Below, piece after piece: positions 16,241 to 27,755 of a stretch of DNA of 57,082 nucleotides. Position 1 is the stretch's first letter; each line of letters begins with the position of its first letter. The DNA is from Blastocystis sp. subtype 4. Lineage: Eukaryota. The stretch lies in assembly GCF_000743755.1 (NCBI RefSeq), contig NW_014569517.1, forward strand, positions 1 to 57,082, in the 5' to 3' direction. A model generated the notes under the pieces. It was not told the origin of the DNA, did no database searches, and saw only the letters and a list, made by a program, of their open reading frames with translations. The position numbers and the translations under genes were made by a program.

Positions 16241-17291
16241 ATGAACGCAGTATTTGGAAAGCTCGTCTTAGATCGAATTATTGCCAAACTAATAGAAGGG
16301 AGGGCACGAGACAAACAGTGGAGAGTAAATTCGAACTCAATGTATGATAGTTGTAGCCAAATATTAAGGAAGAAACTATTCGACTACTGATTCTTCGAAC
16401 CAAAGAAGTTTTGCTATCAGAACCCTCTCTTCTCAAGATCGAAGCTCCAATGGTTGTAGTAGGGGATATTCATGGTCAGTTCCTCGATTTATTGGAGTTT
16501 GTGACTCTTGTATGAGTACTACATATAGAATTCTTCATGTCAGCGGAGACCCTTCCAAGAGTCGATATTTATTCTTAGGAGATTATGTGGATCGTTCAGA
16601 TCGTGGAATCCAAGTTCTGTGTCTTCTGATGGCATATAAGTTGAAGTATCCTGATCACATCTATTTGTTACGTGGAAACCATGAGTCAGAAGAAATGAAT
16701 GATGATGGAGGATTCCGAGATGAATGTTTACAATACTATTCTCTTGGTCTATATAAAGATTTTCAGAGTCTCTTCAACTGTCTTCCTGTTGCTGCTATTA
16801 TTTCTAATAAGATATTGTAGATATGAATGGACAAGTTGACGTATAGTTGTGTTCATGGGGGTCTATCTCCTGATTTGTCGTCTATAAAAATGATAAAGAA
16901 TATTAAGCGTCCATGTACAATTCCTTTAAGTGGACTATTATGTGATCTCCTTTGGTCCGATCCCTGTAGTGATGTGAAGGGCTATGCTCCATCGCCTCGT
17001 GACTGTGCATATTTGTTTGGTCCTGATATTGTGGAGGAGTTTATGTCTCGTTTTGATTTTGATCTGATTGTGCGTGGTCATGAATGCTGCGATGGATACT
17101 GTTTTGCATTTAATCGAAAATTGGTTACAGTATTTTCAGCACCGAATTATTGTGGTTGTGAGAAAAATGCTGCTGGAATCATGTTTATCGATAAAGATTT
17201 GTCTTGTCGGTTTGTATTGATTCGAGAGACAAAGCCGCTAAGGAGAGGATCCATTGTAAAGCCAGATACTCTGGAGATCATTAATAAATGA
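16241..17291 (+). CDS. PP1-like Ser/Thr phosphoprotein phosphatase catalytic subunit
   Basis: [43 protein letters not shown]. Confidence 0.95.
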
Positions 17292-17355
17292 GTTCGTGTA
17301 CTATTACTTGCAGTCTGTTTGTGAAATTACAGTTACGAACAAACAAACGAAATGA

Positions 17356-18474
17356 CTACTTTGGCTTGTTATACACACTTGTCTTGACATCATCTACAAG
17401 TTTGTCCACATTCGTCTTCTTTAACAACTCTTTTGGTAATTCCTTTGGTGGAGGAGGAATAATATCCTCCTTCTTCGAGAATGTCAGCCATCGCTTCAGT
17501 GTGATTCGTGCTTGCTTATTCACACAAATCGTCTGTATTCCCGCAAAGACAGAATTAACAATCCAATACAAACACAAACCCTAGATATCAACACCTCCTC
17601 ACAATGCTACAGATTGCATTTTAGCAGCCACAAAAATGGTAAAAAGAGACATTGCTCGCATCATATACTTTGTCCCAATTTGACCATTTGCATTCATTCC
17701 ATCAGCCCCTAATTCTGTCATAAAGAGAGTAGACACTCCAGCAATAACAGGCAGAACAAAGTATGGATCTGGAATGGCAAGATTGGGGAACCACAGACAA
17801 CCACCCTCGGCTACGGCGGGGACTGTCTCGCACAGCTTACGGATTCCAAAAAAACACGACATAATCACAGGAAGCTGGATCAACGAACCCAGCATAGGTC
17901 CCATGGGAGAAACACCCGCCTGCTTATAGATATCCATCATCTCTTCACGGACCTTCATTGCGTCAGATGCCAAACCCATGCTTTGTGAGAGACGAGCTCG
18001 TTCCACCAACTTATTGAGTTCCGGCTGAATCTCTTGCATTTTCTGTCCCTGTTTGGTTGCCTTAATACTAAATGGTAGTAAGATGACTCGGAACCCAATA
18101 CACACTATACATCATCTCCTCAACCCATCTTCACCTCCTGTAATTGCACCCCACCAAGGGAGACCTAGTTGATTCATCCACGAAATCAAAGACACGACCC
18201 AAGTCGTCGGTGTTCCAACAGAAACCCCAAACAGTCCATACTTCAGTGCAGTGTTGTTGATATCGCACAACCAAAGATGTTTATTCTCTTGGATCATCTT
18301 CACCTTCTGCTTGAAGGCTTCGAAATGAATTTCGCGACGTTGTTGCACCCTACTCAAATCCAACCGTGAAGTTGAAGCTTTCACGGTCATAGACGATACT
18401 CCCCTAATGGTCGTAGCTACCAAAATTAGATACCTCAAAAGGAGTGTCTGACGTGTCACAGAGCGAAGCATCAT
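17356..18474 (-). CDS. OXA1: Oxa1/YidC membrane insertase (mitochondrion-related organelle)
   Basis: GLPWWGAI, FRVILLPF, IQLPV, GGCLWFPNLAIPDPYFVLP, LYWIVNS..Q; Arg-rich N-terminus. Confidence 0.93.
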
Positions 18475-18531
18475 CAAGAAAGCGAAGTCCCAAAGCAAGT
18501 GTGAGATCGAGTATTATTCTTTTCTTGTATC

Positions 18532-19139
18532 ATGTTCGCTTTTCGACGTAGTTCAGTGATTTTACGAAATGCATCTGTTCTGCGATCTGCCACTGTAAGA
18601 GGATTTGCTGATGCTGCTCCATCAACTCCTGACGCTGAAGAGAAGGGAGACCCTGAGGTCATTGACTTTATTAAGAAGGTAGAACCCATGGGGACCGTTT
18701 ATTCGTGTAGATTGTTCGAGAGAACAAAGTGATGCTTTTTATGAAAGGAACACCATCGAATCCAGTTTGTGGGTTTAGTCTTCGTGTTGTACAGATCTTA
18801 AAACATCTAGGTGGGAATTGCGAATTTGTGTTTATCCTAGGTTGCGATTTTGCTAGTGCAAATATTCTTACAAGCAAATCTGTAGTCAAGAATCTCAAAT
18901 ATGTGAGGTAGGTTGTCAAGTTTTCTATCGAGTCTAGTGAGTGGAAAACATATCCACAATTGTTCATAAATGGTGAATTTGTTGGTGGATGTGATGTTGT
19001 TACGGAACTCTTCGAGTCAGGAGAATTGAAGAAGATGCTACAAGCAGCCGGTGCTTTTTCCGAACCTGAAGAATCGAAGGGAATGGAAGATCCACCGAAG
19101 TCAGCAGAATCGGAGACTACTCCCAAAGCCAATCCCTAA
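18532..19139 (+). CDS. GRX5: Monothiol glutaredoxin Grx5 with mitochondrial-type presequence
   Basis: [34 protein letters not shown]; presequence MFAFRRSS...VRGFA; TGTTTGTT at 19157-19164. Confidence 0.95.
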
Positions 19140-19235
19140 GTGTTCATTTAGTATTTTGTTTGTTATTTTAATTTACTGAGGTACTGATATCAACGAGATA
19201 TAATCGTCTAGATAACTCAATTCCTTGTGAAACGA

Positions 19236-21032
19236 ATGGCAGATGATCAGACTAAAGTGAATGAAGGACTATTCCTTACGATCATCAAACTCCAAAAATT
19301 GTCAAATGAAGAAGGATATGATAAACAAGATTGTCAGAAGAGGTACTTGTACTTTCTGTCGTTGTTCATAGAATTGTCAAGTGTTGCAAGTATGTACTAT
19401 TGTCAAGTCCATCCTTCTATCTCGACCACAAGTTGGACTCTCTAATGTGGAAAGAAGTGTTCTATTCCAATTATCAAGAGATGAAAAATAATTCAAATAT
19501 AAATTCACAGACTATTATTGAGTTCATCAACAAGGGCATACTCTTTTATGAAGAGTTACTCAAAAGAATTGAACATGACCCTCAATTTGCTTCATGCGTC
19601 TATTTCATGTATATTCATCTTGGTGACCTCCATCGGTACCTTGCAACAGAACAACGGAATGAAACCACTCCAAAAAAGAGCCGATACAGTATCTCCAAGG
19701 CGTTTTATTCCAAGGCTCTTCTGTTGGATCCCCATCATGGATATGCTTATCATGGTTTAGCTGTTCTAGCTACATATGAAGAGACACATTGCCTAGCAAT
19801 CTACTGCTACTTACGTGCAGCCACATGTAGATATCCCTTACGATCAGCAAATCAAAACTTACGAATTGAGTTGGAACAAAATGAAATAGCTCTAAAAGAA
19901 GCTCTTTCCAATCAATCTCTGAGTGCCAAAATCTCTCATAAGAAACAATATGTGGATGTATGGGTACTGAATGTGGTATATCATTAGCTTTTTGCTCTTC
20001 AGTTCATTCATTTGCATTATCTAATATGTTATAATGAATCAACAAATCAGTTCAATGCATCATTAAATGCCTTCAAAGAAACAATGAATTGGTGTATGGA
20101 GAATGATTTGCCCTCCATTCTTCTGATTTATCGAATGATGATTATTGGGATTGTAGGAGCAGCTGATGCTTGGAGACCTGTTCGCGAATCATGTTTGAAC
20201 AAAAGTATTATAATGATATAGCACTTCAACCATCCAATACGCTCACTCAGTCGATAGTTCGTGGTTGGATCGTCTTGTATATCTTCATGACATATGTAGA
20301 TATGAATGTGTTTATCGATATGTAGATAGCTAAATACAGTGCTTCTCTCTCTTCTCCGAAGAAACCAGGTATCTATAAGAGGATGATGCGAAGTAGATGA
20401 TCTCTGTCTCCGACATGTACCAACGATTGCTTTATTTCTTCAATGGATGATTCTTCAAAATGAGAAACAATATCGACCTAGAGTATCCATCTTCCTGTCT
20501 TATTATCTAGTTCTTTCAGAAGAAGATTCATTCATCTCACTCTACTGAAGAGTCATCACACTATCATGTTAGAGATGCTTCCCATTCTATTCAGAGAGAT
20601 AACCTGAGTCAGGAAGATATCTCATACGATGTTACAGATCCATCTTCTTGTATCCCAATTGAACAATTCCTGGACTGTGAGAAGGAGTTCTGGAAAACGA
20701 TGAGTTCACTGATAAAACGTCTGCCAAAGAAAATAAGTGAAAGTCCTGCAGCGAAACATATGTTGCCAATGAAGATAGAAATGGATACAGCAGGGTTTGG
20801 AGCTTTTCGAGGAATGTTTGATCGTATGCAATAGTTTCTATCTAATGACCAGATGTTGAGAGACAAGTGGAAGTATGCTCAAGTCATGAAGCTATTGAAA
20901 GATCCATTGTTACAATTCTTCAAGTGTATCCCTCAATCATTAACGACTCTCAGTGTCCATTTTGTAAATCTAATACTACTGCTCATACTTCTCCAAAGAA
21001 TGATCATGAATCCAAACGTTCTCGCTTATCCT
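19236..21032 (+). CDS. EST1/SMG5-7-like TPR protein; predicted poly(A)-created stop at 21032 (genomic stop 21064)
   Basis: MWKEVFY, IHLGDLHRY, FYSKALLLDPHHGYAYHGLAVLA, AIYCYLRA...ANQNL match the Est1 14-3-3-like domain. Confidence 0.85.
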
Positions 21033-21036
21033 TATG

Positions 21037-21052
21037 TGTTTGTAGACAAACA
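21037..21052. terminator. Back-to-back 3'-end motifs of convergent genes: TGTTTGT-AG-ACAAACA
   Basis: TGTTTGTA on plus at 21037-21044 and TGTTTGTC on minus at 21045-21052. Confidence 0.6.
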
Positions 21053-21060
21053 AGATTCGT

Positions 21061-21835
21061 TTAATCAGAATCAGTGTAATAGTCCTTTGCACTGTTCTTA
21101 CGTGGCAAGAAGAAAGGCATTTTCTTTCCCTCATTCTCACTGTCTGATGACTCCAATGTCTCTCTTAAAGCTTTGTCTTCTTTACGTTGTTGTTCCTCCA
21201 CTACACGATCTTCAATGGCCTTACCCATAATACACACACTAACCATGATTCACTTTCTATATAATTACGCGCAAGGAGCATTAGCCAAAACATAGGTACT
21301 CACACTTCCATTGATGAGTCTTATGCTTAAGTGACAATCACACATATACCTCTCAACATTACCCATTCCTCTTCTTCCCATGACAATCGTATCAATCTTC
21401 TTCTCAACTGCATAAGAACAGACAACCTGGTGTTAAGAGGACACATACATTCAGAAACAGGATATCTTTGCAGGGTCGCCACGAGCGCAAACCACCTCCA
21501 CATTTTGGAATCCCTTGTCATTTGCAGTTTTCTTCATCTCATCTAAGTGTTCCTGAGACTCTTTCTTCAAACGGTCATTGACAACAACATCGTGTGCATA
21601 GGCTACATATTGAGTCAGACAAAGAGATTATACTGGGAGTCTTGAGATTCAACACATTCAGAACAAGAAGGGAGTCTACAGGCTTCATAATTTTCAAAAC
21701 CCATTCAAAGCAAGCTGTAGCTTGGATGGAAAAGTCCATCGGAACGAGCCAGCGCAATCCCTATCGATATCACCCATTCCGATAAGCACCTACAGTACAT
21801 TCACCATTGCTCTCAAACACACCACTTTCTTCCAT
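21061..21835 (-). CDS. Universal stress protein (USP) family
   Basis: Spliced LRWLVPMDFS...ACFEWVL, GDPAK..VCSYAVEKKIDTIVMGRGGMG, GSVSTYVLANAPC. Confidence 0.9.
21427..21465 (-). other. U12-type intron in the USP gene (AT-AG 39 nt, or AT-AC 36 nt ending at 21430)
   Basis: Minus strand ATATCCTG...CTCTTAAC-ACCAG contains an in-frame TGA; the GT-AG alternative frameshifts. Confidence 0.8.
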
Positions 21836-22234
21836 TTCGTTGATCCTTTGGTGAAGTCACCAAAAAGTGGAAACAGAGCAACAGATCACTGTACAGATCG
21901 CGTTAATAATTATAAATTAGTCAAAGAATCACTGTTTCCTATTCTTGTTATTTCATTGTATTGATCCTTCTATAAACCCTGCTTTAAAATATGGAGTTCA
22001 TCTGAGAACTATCTGGGAAACGATTTAGGATTACAGGTTCTCTATTATGAGTATGAATAAACAATAATACTTTATTAAGGAAATCCAAAGAGATAATAAT
22101 ATAGATTCTGTGCATTGAACCTTGATCACTTAACTCTGGATTCTACAATCCTTATCTTTATCCCTATCTTCAGTTACATTCAAAATAATACAAATTCTGC
22201 TGAGCACTATCATTCATAAGGATCTTTTGCACAA

Positions 22235-22771
22235 ATGAGCTCTATACCTCCTGTTGCCAGTCTAGCACTGTTTGTTGATAGTATTTCCTATTAAGCCGTT
22301 AATTATTATCAGAACCTGTATTAGTCGTTCTTCTAGATGGAATTCATTTATATGGGATTCTACGGAGTGTGGATCAATATGGTGGGTTTTGAGTGTGACT
22401 AAATGTTGCTTACACTCTTTTAGGCAATTTTGTAATTGATAACTGTTTTGAACGTGTATTCCGTGATTTCTACTATACAGAAAATCAGTTAGGTCTTCAA
22501 ATTGTTCAGGGAAACAATACTTGTCTCATTTCCGATATAGTATGTTTATAGATAAAATTACTGATGGATAGAACGGTTCTCTTCAATCTTGTCCAATTGA
22601 AGGTATGCAATTGTTAAGCAATGAAGAGTTCATCGAATATATCAATCTTCCTGACGAAGAGAAAAGTATGGAGATCGTGGAATGGACCTAAACGTAGTGA
22701 AACGAAATCAGGGAAAGTCTTGTAGATTTGCCTCCAATGAAGACTACACCATCAGACTTGCTACTGTATGA
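22235..22771 (+). CDS. LSM1: LSm1-like Sm-fold protein (4 introns; absent from ORF track)
   Basis: Spliced MSSIPPVASLALFVDKPVLVVLLDGIHLYGILRSVDQYGNFVIDNCFERVF...GLQIVQGNNTCLISDI matches the Sm1/Sm2 motifs of LSm1. Confidence 0.8.
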
Positions 22772-23526
22772 TTGTATACTAATTATAGTTTGTAACAAAC
22801 AATCTCTAAAGAACGATTAGAACTATTGCACAACCAATTCTCATGTATTCTTGATCAACACACAATCCTTGTTTCTGCCCTCTTTTGCCACCATCGTTTC
22901 CCAAATGACAGATAGACTGCAATCACTGAGCTTATTCCATTAAATGGCAATGCAGAAACATAGAAAATGATAAATCAGTATGAGTTATGTTATAACCATT
23001 GTTGTTACACTCTTCCCCGAAAGATGATACCATCCTATTATCATTTCCCATTCATTGAGGATCAGTTTGCAGTTAAACGACCATGAGTTAAGTCTCACAA
23101 TGAGTTATCTTCCTTCCTCAAATGACAATGAACATACCAAGAAAACTGACAATTCCTTACCTTCTCCTTCACTATTATCTCTTATTGAAACAAATATGAC
23201 AAAATGAGTGGAGAATCGAAAATGCCCCCTATTTGAAATATGCCATATTTCTTAGGTATTATTGTCTATAACCTTTTTGCCCCATCTTGCAAAAATCCTC
23301 CATGCTTACAAATTAAAACAACAATGTCATTTACGATTATCTCCCTGTTTTGTGGGTGAAATAAGCAATTAAAAGAAACTAAACAATGATTATGTTCATT
23401 CCGGCTATACCTCGAAAGGAAGGAATTCATTCTTTTTAACCAGTATATAAGAGTTTGGAAGGACTTAACAAATGACAAAAATAGACCAGATTTTTCGTAT
23501 TCATTATCTTCTATACAGTAGAACAA

Positions 23527-25055
23527 ATGGACTCATTCATTGCATTCTTTCGAAGTCTCGAGGTGGACCATATCGAGATGATGAACCCAAGAAGACCATT
23601 AAATGGTGAAGGTACTGTCTTCTTTAAGGGAGCCTATTATGGATATTCAATGAAAGCTGCGTGGATGGATGATAAAAAGGAAGGTCTAGCGGTGATTTAT
23701 GCTCCTGATGGGAGTGTTTTTGCCGAATTCACTTGTATAAATGATGAAATCATTGACGTTCTGACTTATCCTCCACAAACCTCGAATCGTTCCCCTGCGT
23801 TTTCACCTCAAGCTATTCCGCCAGTAGTAAGTGCTCCAAGCGGACAAGGTAATCCTCAGTCATATTTTTCATCAGGTGTAATGAATACAACTAGCTCAAT
23901 GACAGATCCCCAGTATGGTTACAAGCAACCAAGATCACAGGAAATGAGCGTTATTAGTACTTCTTCTATGGTAAATCCCAAACCAAGTGTTGTGAGTATT
24001 CCAGCGAGTCCTGATGTCAGTGTTATCTCAACCCCTGCTAGTATACCATCAATTGCTGTTTCAACACAATCTAGCGTTGGGACAACGAGGCCAATCTTCG
24101 TGGCTCCTAAGCCTGTTGAAGTTACTATTCAGTCCGATGAAAGCATGTCTCATCCTGGATTAGTCAGTCTAGGATCCCCTGAGAGTAATCCTCCTCTCCC
24201 AACATATCCTGGTCGTACGCTTCCTTTAGAGCGTCAAAGTCTAACTCATCGCTGTCTTGAAAGAAAGGGGCTATTTTGGACAGTTGTGGGAATCATCGTA
24301 GCCGTGTTGATTCTGATTGTTCTCCTTTGTGTATATTTGGCAGCACGCGAAGAAGGTGTGGAATTGACCAGTGATAAGGTTCGTATTCCAAAGAATGTGA
24401 AAACGATTACTGTGCGAGAATTAGAATCCGGATCCCTCGCCTTGACCAAGATTGATCTTGATGGGTTACCCAAAGTAACATCATTTACTGCGGTTTACAT
24501 GTCATTCCCCAGAATCTCCTATGTGTCTTTAACCAGTCGGTTTGAATTTTCCTTTCAATGTAGATCTTCCTAAACTGAAAACCATTACTATCGAGTCTTT
24601 AGCTTTCCAGTACACACATAGTTTTACTCTTAGTAGTAAGTACTGTTAGCTGTGTTGAATATAGATCTACCAATGTTAGTGGCAATCAAGTTAGGTGATC
24701 AGGCTATGACGCTGGATAGTGTATTTTTATCAGGAAGTGATTATAAGAATTCTGTTACCTTGACAGGTAGGCGTGTTGAAATGTGGTGATGTAGATCTCC
24801 CCTCTTTGAGTTCTCTGACTATTTACAATAACTTTGAATATGCTGGAGAATTTACCGCCACTAGTAAGTGTGTTGCAGAACTGTGATGTAGATTTCAATA
24901 CAGGGTATACACTTTTGTACTTATCTGATATAAGTCATTCAATTTGTAAAGTGACAAGACAATCTATTTCTAGTTGATGTGTTCTAATTGATTCATGTGT
25001 AGGAGCAGGAGTAATTGAATCCTATATTAATGACGCTATTCGATGCTCTGCGTGA
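23527..25055 (+). CDS. Single-pass membrane protein with Ser/Pro-rich N-region and C-terminal LRR-like repeats
   Basis: TM LFWTVVGIIVAVLILIVLLCVYLAA, then repeats LDGLPKVTSF, LPKLKTITI, LPMLVAIKL, LPSLSSLTI on successive short exons. Confidence 0.75.
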
Positions 25056-25139
25056 TTTGTGTATGAATATTAGTAGTTACAAATGTTTATGGATCATAAA
25101 TCAACGGACATAAATAGATCCCATCTTTCTAATAGGTTA

Positions 25140-25212
25140 GCCCGTCTAGCTCAGTCGGTAGAGCGCCAGGCTCTTAACCTGGTGGTCGAGGGTTCGAGCC
25201 CCTCGGTGGGCG
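25140..25212 (+). tRNA. tRNA-Lys(CUU)
   Basis: Cloverleaf GCCCGTC/GGTGGGC; anticodon arm CCAGG-CTCTTAA-CCTGG; TTCGAGC T-loop; T-runs downstream. Confidence 0.98.
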
Positions 25213-25313
25213 ACTTCTTTATTCTTTTTGGTTATTCTCATCAACAAACATTCGGATTCGGAGCTTTCAGAATAACCCAGAAAGGACATATAAGGACAAT
25301 CCTCATATGACAC

Positions 25314-26529
25314 TTACTCGGAAACAATGGGGAGGGCTTCTACCCCATAATACTGTTTCTTCAACTCCTTATACAGATGCCAACGACTCATAGCATATCC
25401 CTTACTATCCCAGTCTGTTCCTAATTCCGTCTGCATGACTGCCCAAACAAACCAGAAAAAGAAGGAAAAGCACTGGAAACGATGCACAAGTTGTTGCATC
25501 TCATTCACATTGCTTTCAGATGGATCCTTTCCATCTACATGAGACTCTGATGAAACTCCTACATCGTTCTAAAAGATAGGCATGAATGAAATTCTTCTCT
25601 TCTTCATCTGTAGGATGCAATGAAAAATCAATCCAATAGGAGGGAGAATCATATCTTGTCATCCACTCGCAATAGTGATGACAGATATCCAATGGAGCTG
25701 GTAACAGACACGTATACTCAAAATCGATAATTAGTACTTCACCCTTTGCATTCTTCAACACATTCCCACGAAGCAGATCCTGATGGCCATAAACTATATC
25801 TGTACTCTCATTTCGAATGAGTTCTTCATTTCGATGGATTTCCTCAAGCAAATTGCAAATGTTCAGATCTTTAAACAGATCGGGATGATCTTTCTCTGAG
25901 TACTAATATCCAAAATGTACAATGCTTCTGACAGATTTGAGCCCATGATCTCATAACAGAGTGAAACTCGTCAAAGTGAGCAATTTCAGTCTATTTGTTG
26001 TTTGAAGAAAACTATTCTACTCGGATGTTATGTAGATCTGCCAGTTTCGCTGCGATTCTTCTAGAAATCACCGGATCACGACAACCAAGGTCATTCAGGG
26101 ACTATCTTATTATAGAACCAAAGCAATACAGTGAATCCAACTCTCCATAGCTCCATCCGTCCTTCAGGAAAGGAACACAGAAGCTCGATACCAAAGTTGT
26201 TCTTGGAAAGAACTGAAAGGAACTTTAATTCCTTTTCTCGATTCAAGAAATCGCTACTTCCTACGCATTACCACTTCCTTGATCACATACCAGCCCCATA
26301 GATACGGAAAAGAATAGGAAAATCATCTTCATCGGATTTCTTGGATAACTTGTAGATTATGTTCGTTAATCCATCTATCGCCTCATAAGTGTTGTCATAT
26401 CTCACCCTTGTTCTGGACCATATTGAAATCGTCTACAGAATGCACGTCGTTCCATTCTGGTATGGTTTGAAGTTGTTTCCAGGCAAACTGCTTTCTTTCG
26501 TCATAATTGAGTTCCAAAAGTGATGACAT
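25314..26529 (-). CDS. Choline/ethanolamine kinase
   Basis: GLTNIIY, LFRIYG, REKE, HQDLLRGNVL (Brenner-like motif), IIDFEY, DICHHYCEW, FFWFVWA. Confidence 0.92.
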
Positions 26530-26588
26530 CTTTGTATCAGTCTAGATAGAATGTTCTTACTCCTTCTTCAGTGATAGAAAGAATAATG

Positions 26589-26596
26589 AACAAACA
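26589..26596 (-). terminator. TGTTTGTT 3'-end motif of Nit2
   Basis: TGA-CG-TGTTTGTT; the T of the stop is 5 nt before the motif. Confidence 0.8.
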
Positions 26597-26598
26597 CG

Positions 26599-27644
26599 TC
26601 ATTTCAACATTCGAAATTCATACATATCAGAACGCTTCTGCTTCAAGACAGGGATTGCTTGCCTACGTATCACAGGAAATGCCAGTCATAACCTCACTTT
26701 ATCACACTCACTCAAATCAACATCAGCAATCAGAACATCCTCCTTTTCATCCAATTCGCCAATCACCTTTCCCCAGGGATTGACCACAATACTATGACCA
26801 TAGGCAACATACGATCCATTCACATCTCGAGCGGGAGAGCAAAGGACCACAAAGGATTGAGTGTCTACAGCACGACCCTTTGCAAGAATCTCCCAATGAA
26901 GAGGTCCAGTTGTCATATTAAACGCAGATGGATATACTAGTATTCTGCATCCCATTTTCGAATATGCAAGACTACAAGTGAGTTGGTAACGAAGATCCAA
27001 ACCTCAGTTCTGGGAATCGCATATCATAACATACACCAATTCCAATATCAACAGCCGTCTTTGGAAGGGAGCAATGATATACAGTAAACGAATCACCAGC
27101 TGTCAGGGTCTCACTCTCTTGGAAACAGATACCACCGGGAACGTTCACGTCAAACAAATGCATTTTTCGATGTTTGGTAATCAAATCGCTCTCCGGAGAT
27201 ATGGCCATTGCAGTGTTGTAGACCTTGCCATTGCATAATTCCGGAATGCTGCCACCGATAATAGGAATACGATGTTTGCGAGTCTCTTCCAATAACATCG
27301 ATACCGAAGGGCTTTTGATTGGATCCACGTCTTTGCAACTCTGGTCATTATTCTTCCCTCAAATACCAACTGTAGGAATGCATTCCGAATTTTGCCGAAA
27401 CAACTTCGTATCGTAGGAACTAAAGAGTAATAGAAGTGATTCAAAAATACCTGTTGAAGCATTCAGGAAGAACCACCAGATCGGCTCCTTGGGACACTGC
27501 TTTACTGATCATGGTTCTTGCCTTCGCTAAATTGATCATTTTGTTCTATTCTTCATATCCTTTCCGAGATTTAACAGAAGAAACCATCATCTGGCACAAA
27601 CCAATTCGAAACTTCATCGATTTGATGGCAGCTGATGCAGACAT
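26599..27644 (-). CDS. NIT2: Omega-amidase Nit2 (nitrilase superfamily)
   Basis: Catalytic triad in LPECFN, HRKMHLFD, GVCYDMRFPE; AFNMTTGPLHW; ends RQAIPVLKQKRSDMYEFRMLK*. Confidence 0.94.
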
Positions 27645-27743
27645 GGAAGTTTGTTGATTGTTTGAAGTGAGGAATGAAGTGACATATGTAACTATCACTA
27701 GTAGAATAGGTTGAATATGTTGTTTCCGGTTATAATTCGTGTT

Positions 27744-27751
27744 AACAAACA
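27744..27751 (-). terminator. TGTTTGTT 3'-end motif of Clp1
   Basis: TAA-TGGT-TGTTTGTT. Confidence 0.8.
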
Positions 27752-27755
27752 ACCA

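Noticed and set aside
20483..20510. GTATCC-starting introns (here and about 47009-47038 in NAA15) as GT-AG U12 introns
   Set aside because: They are 28-30 nt like ordinary introns and lack a clear CCTT(A/C)AC branch box.
21990..22120. ATG with intron-like segments upstream of LSm1
   Set aside because: Every splice combination tried hit a stop within about 20 codons.
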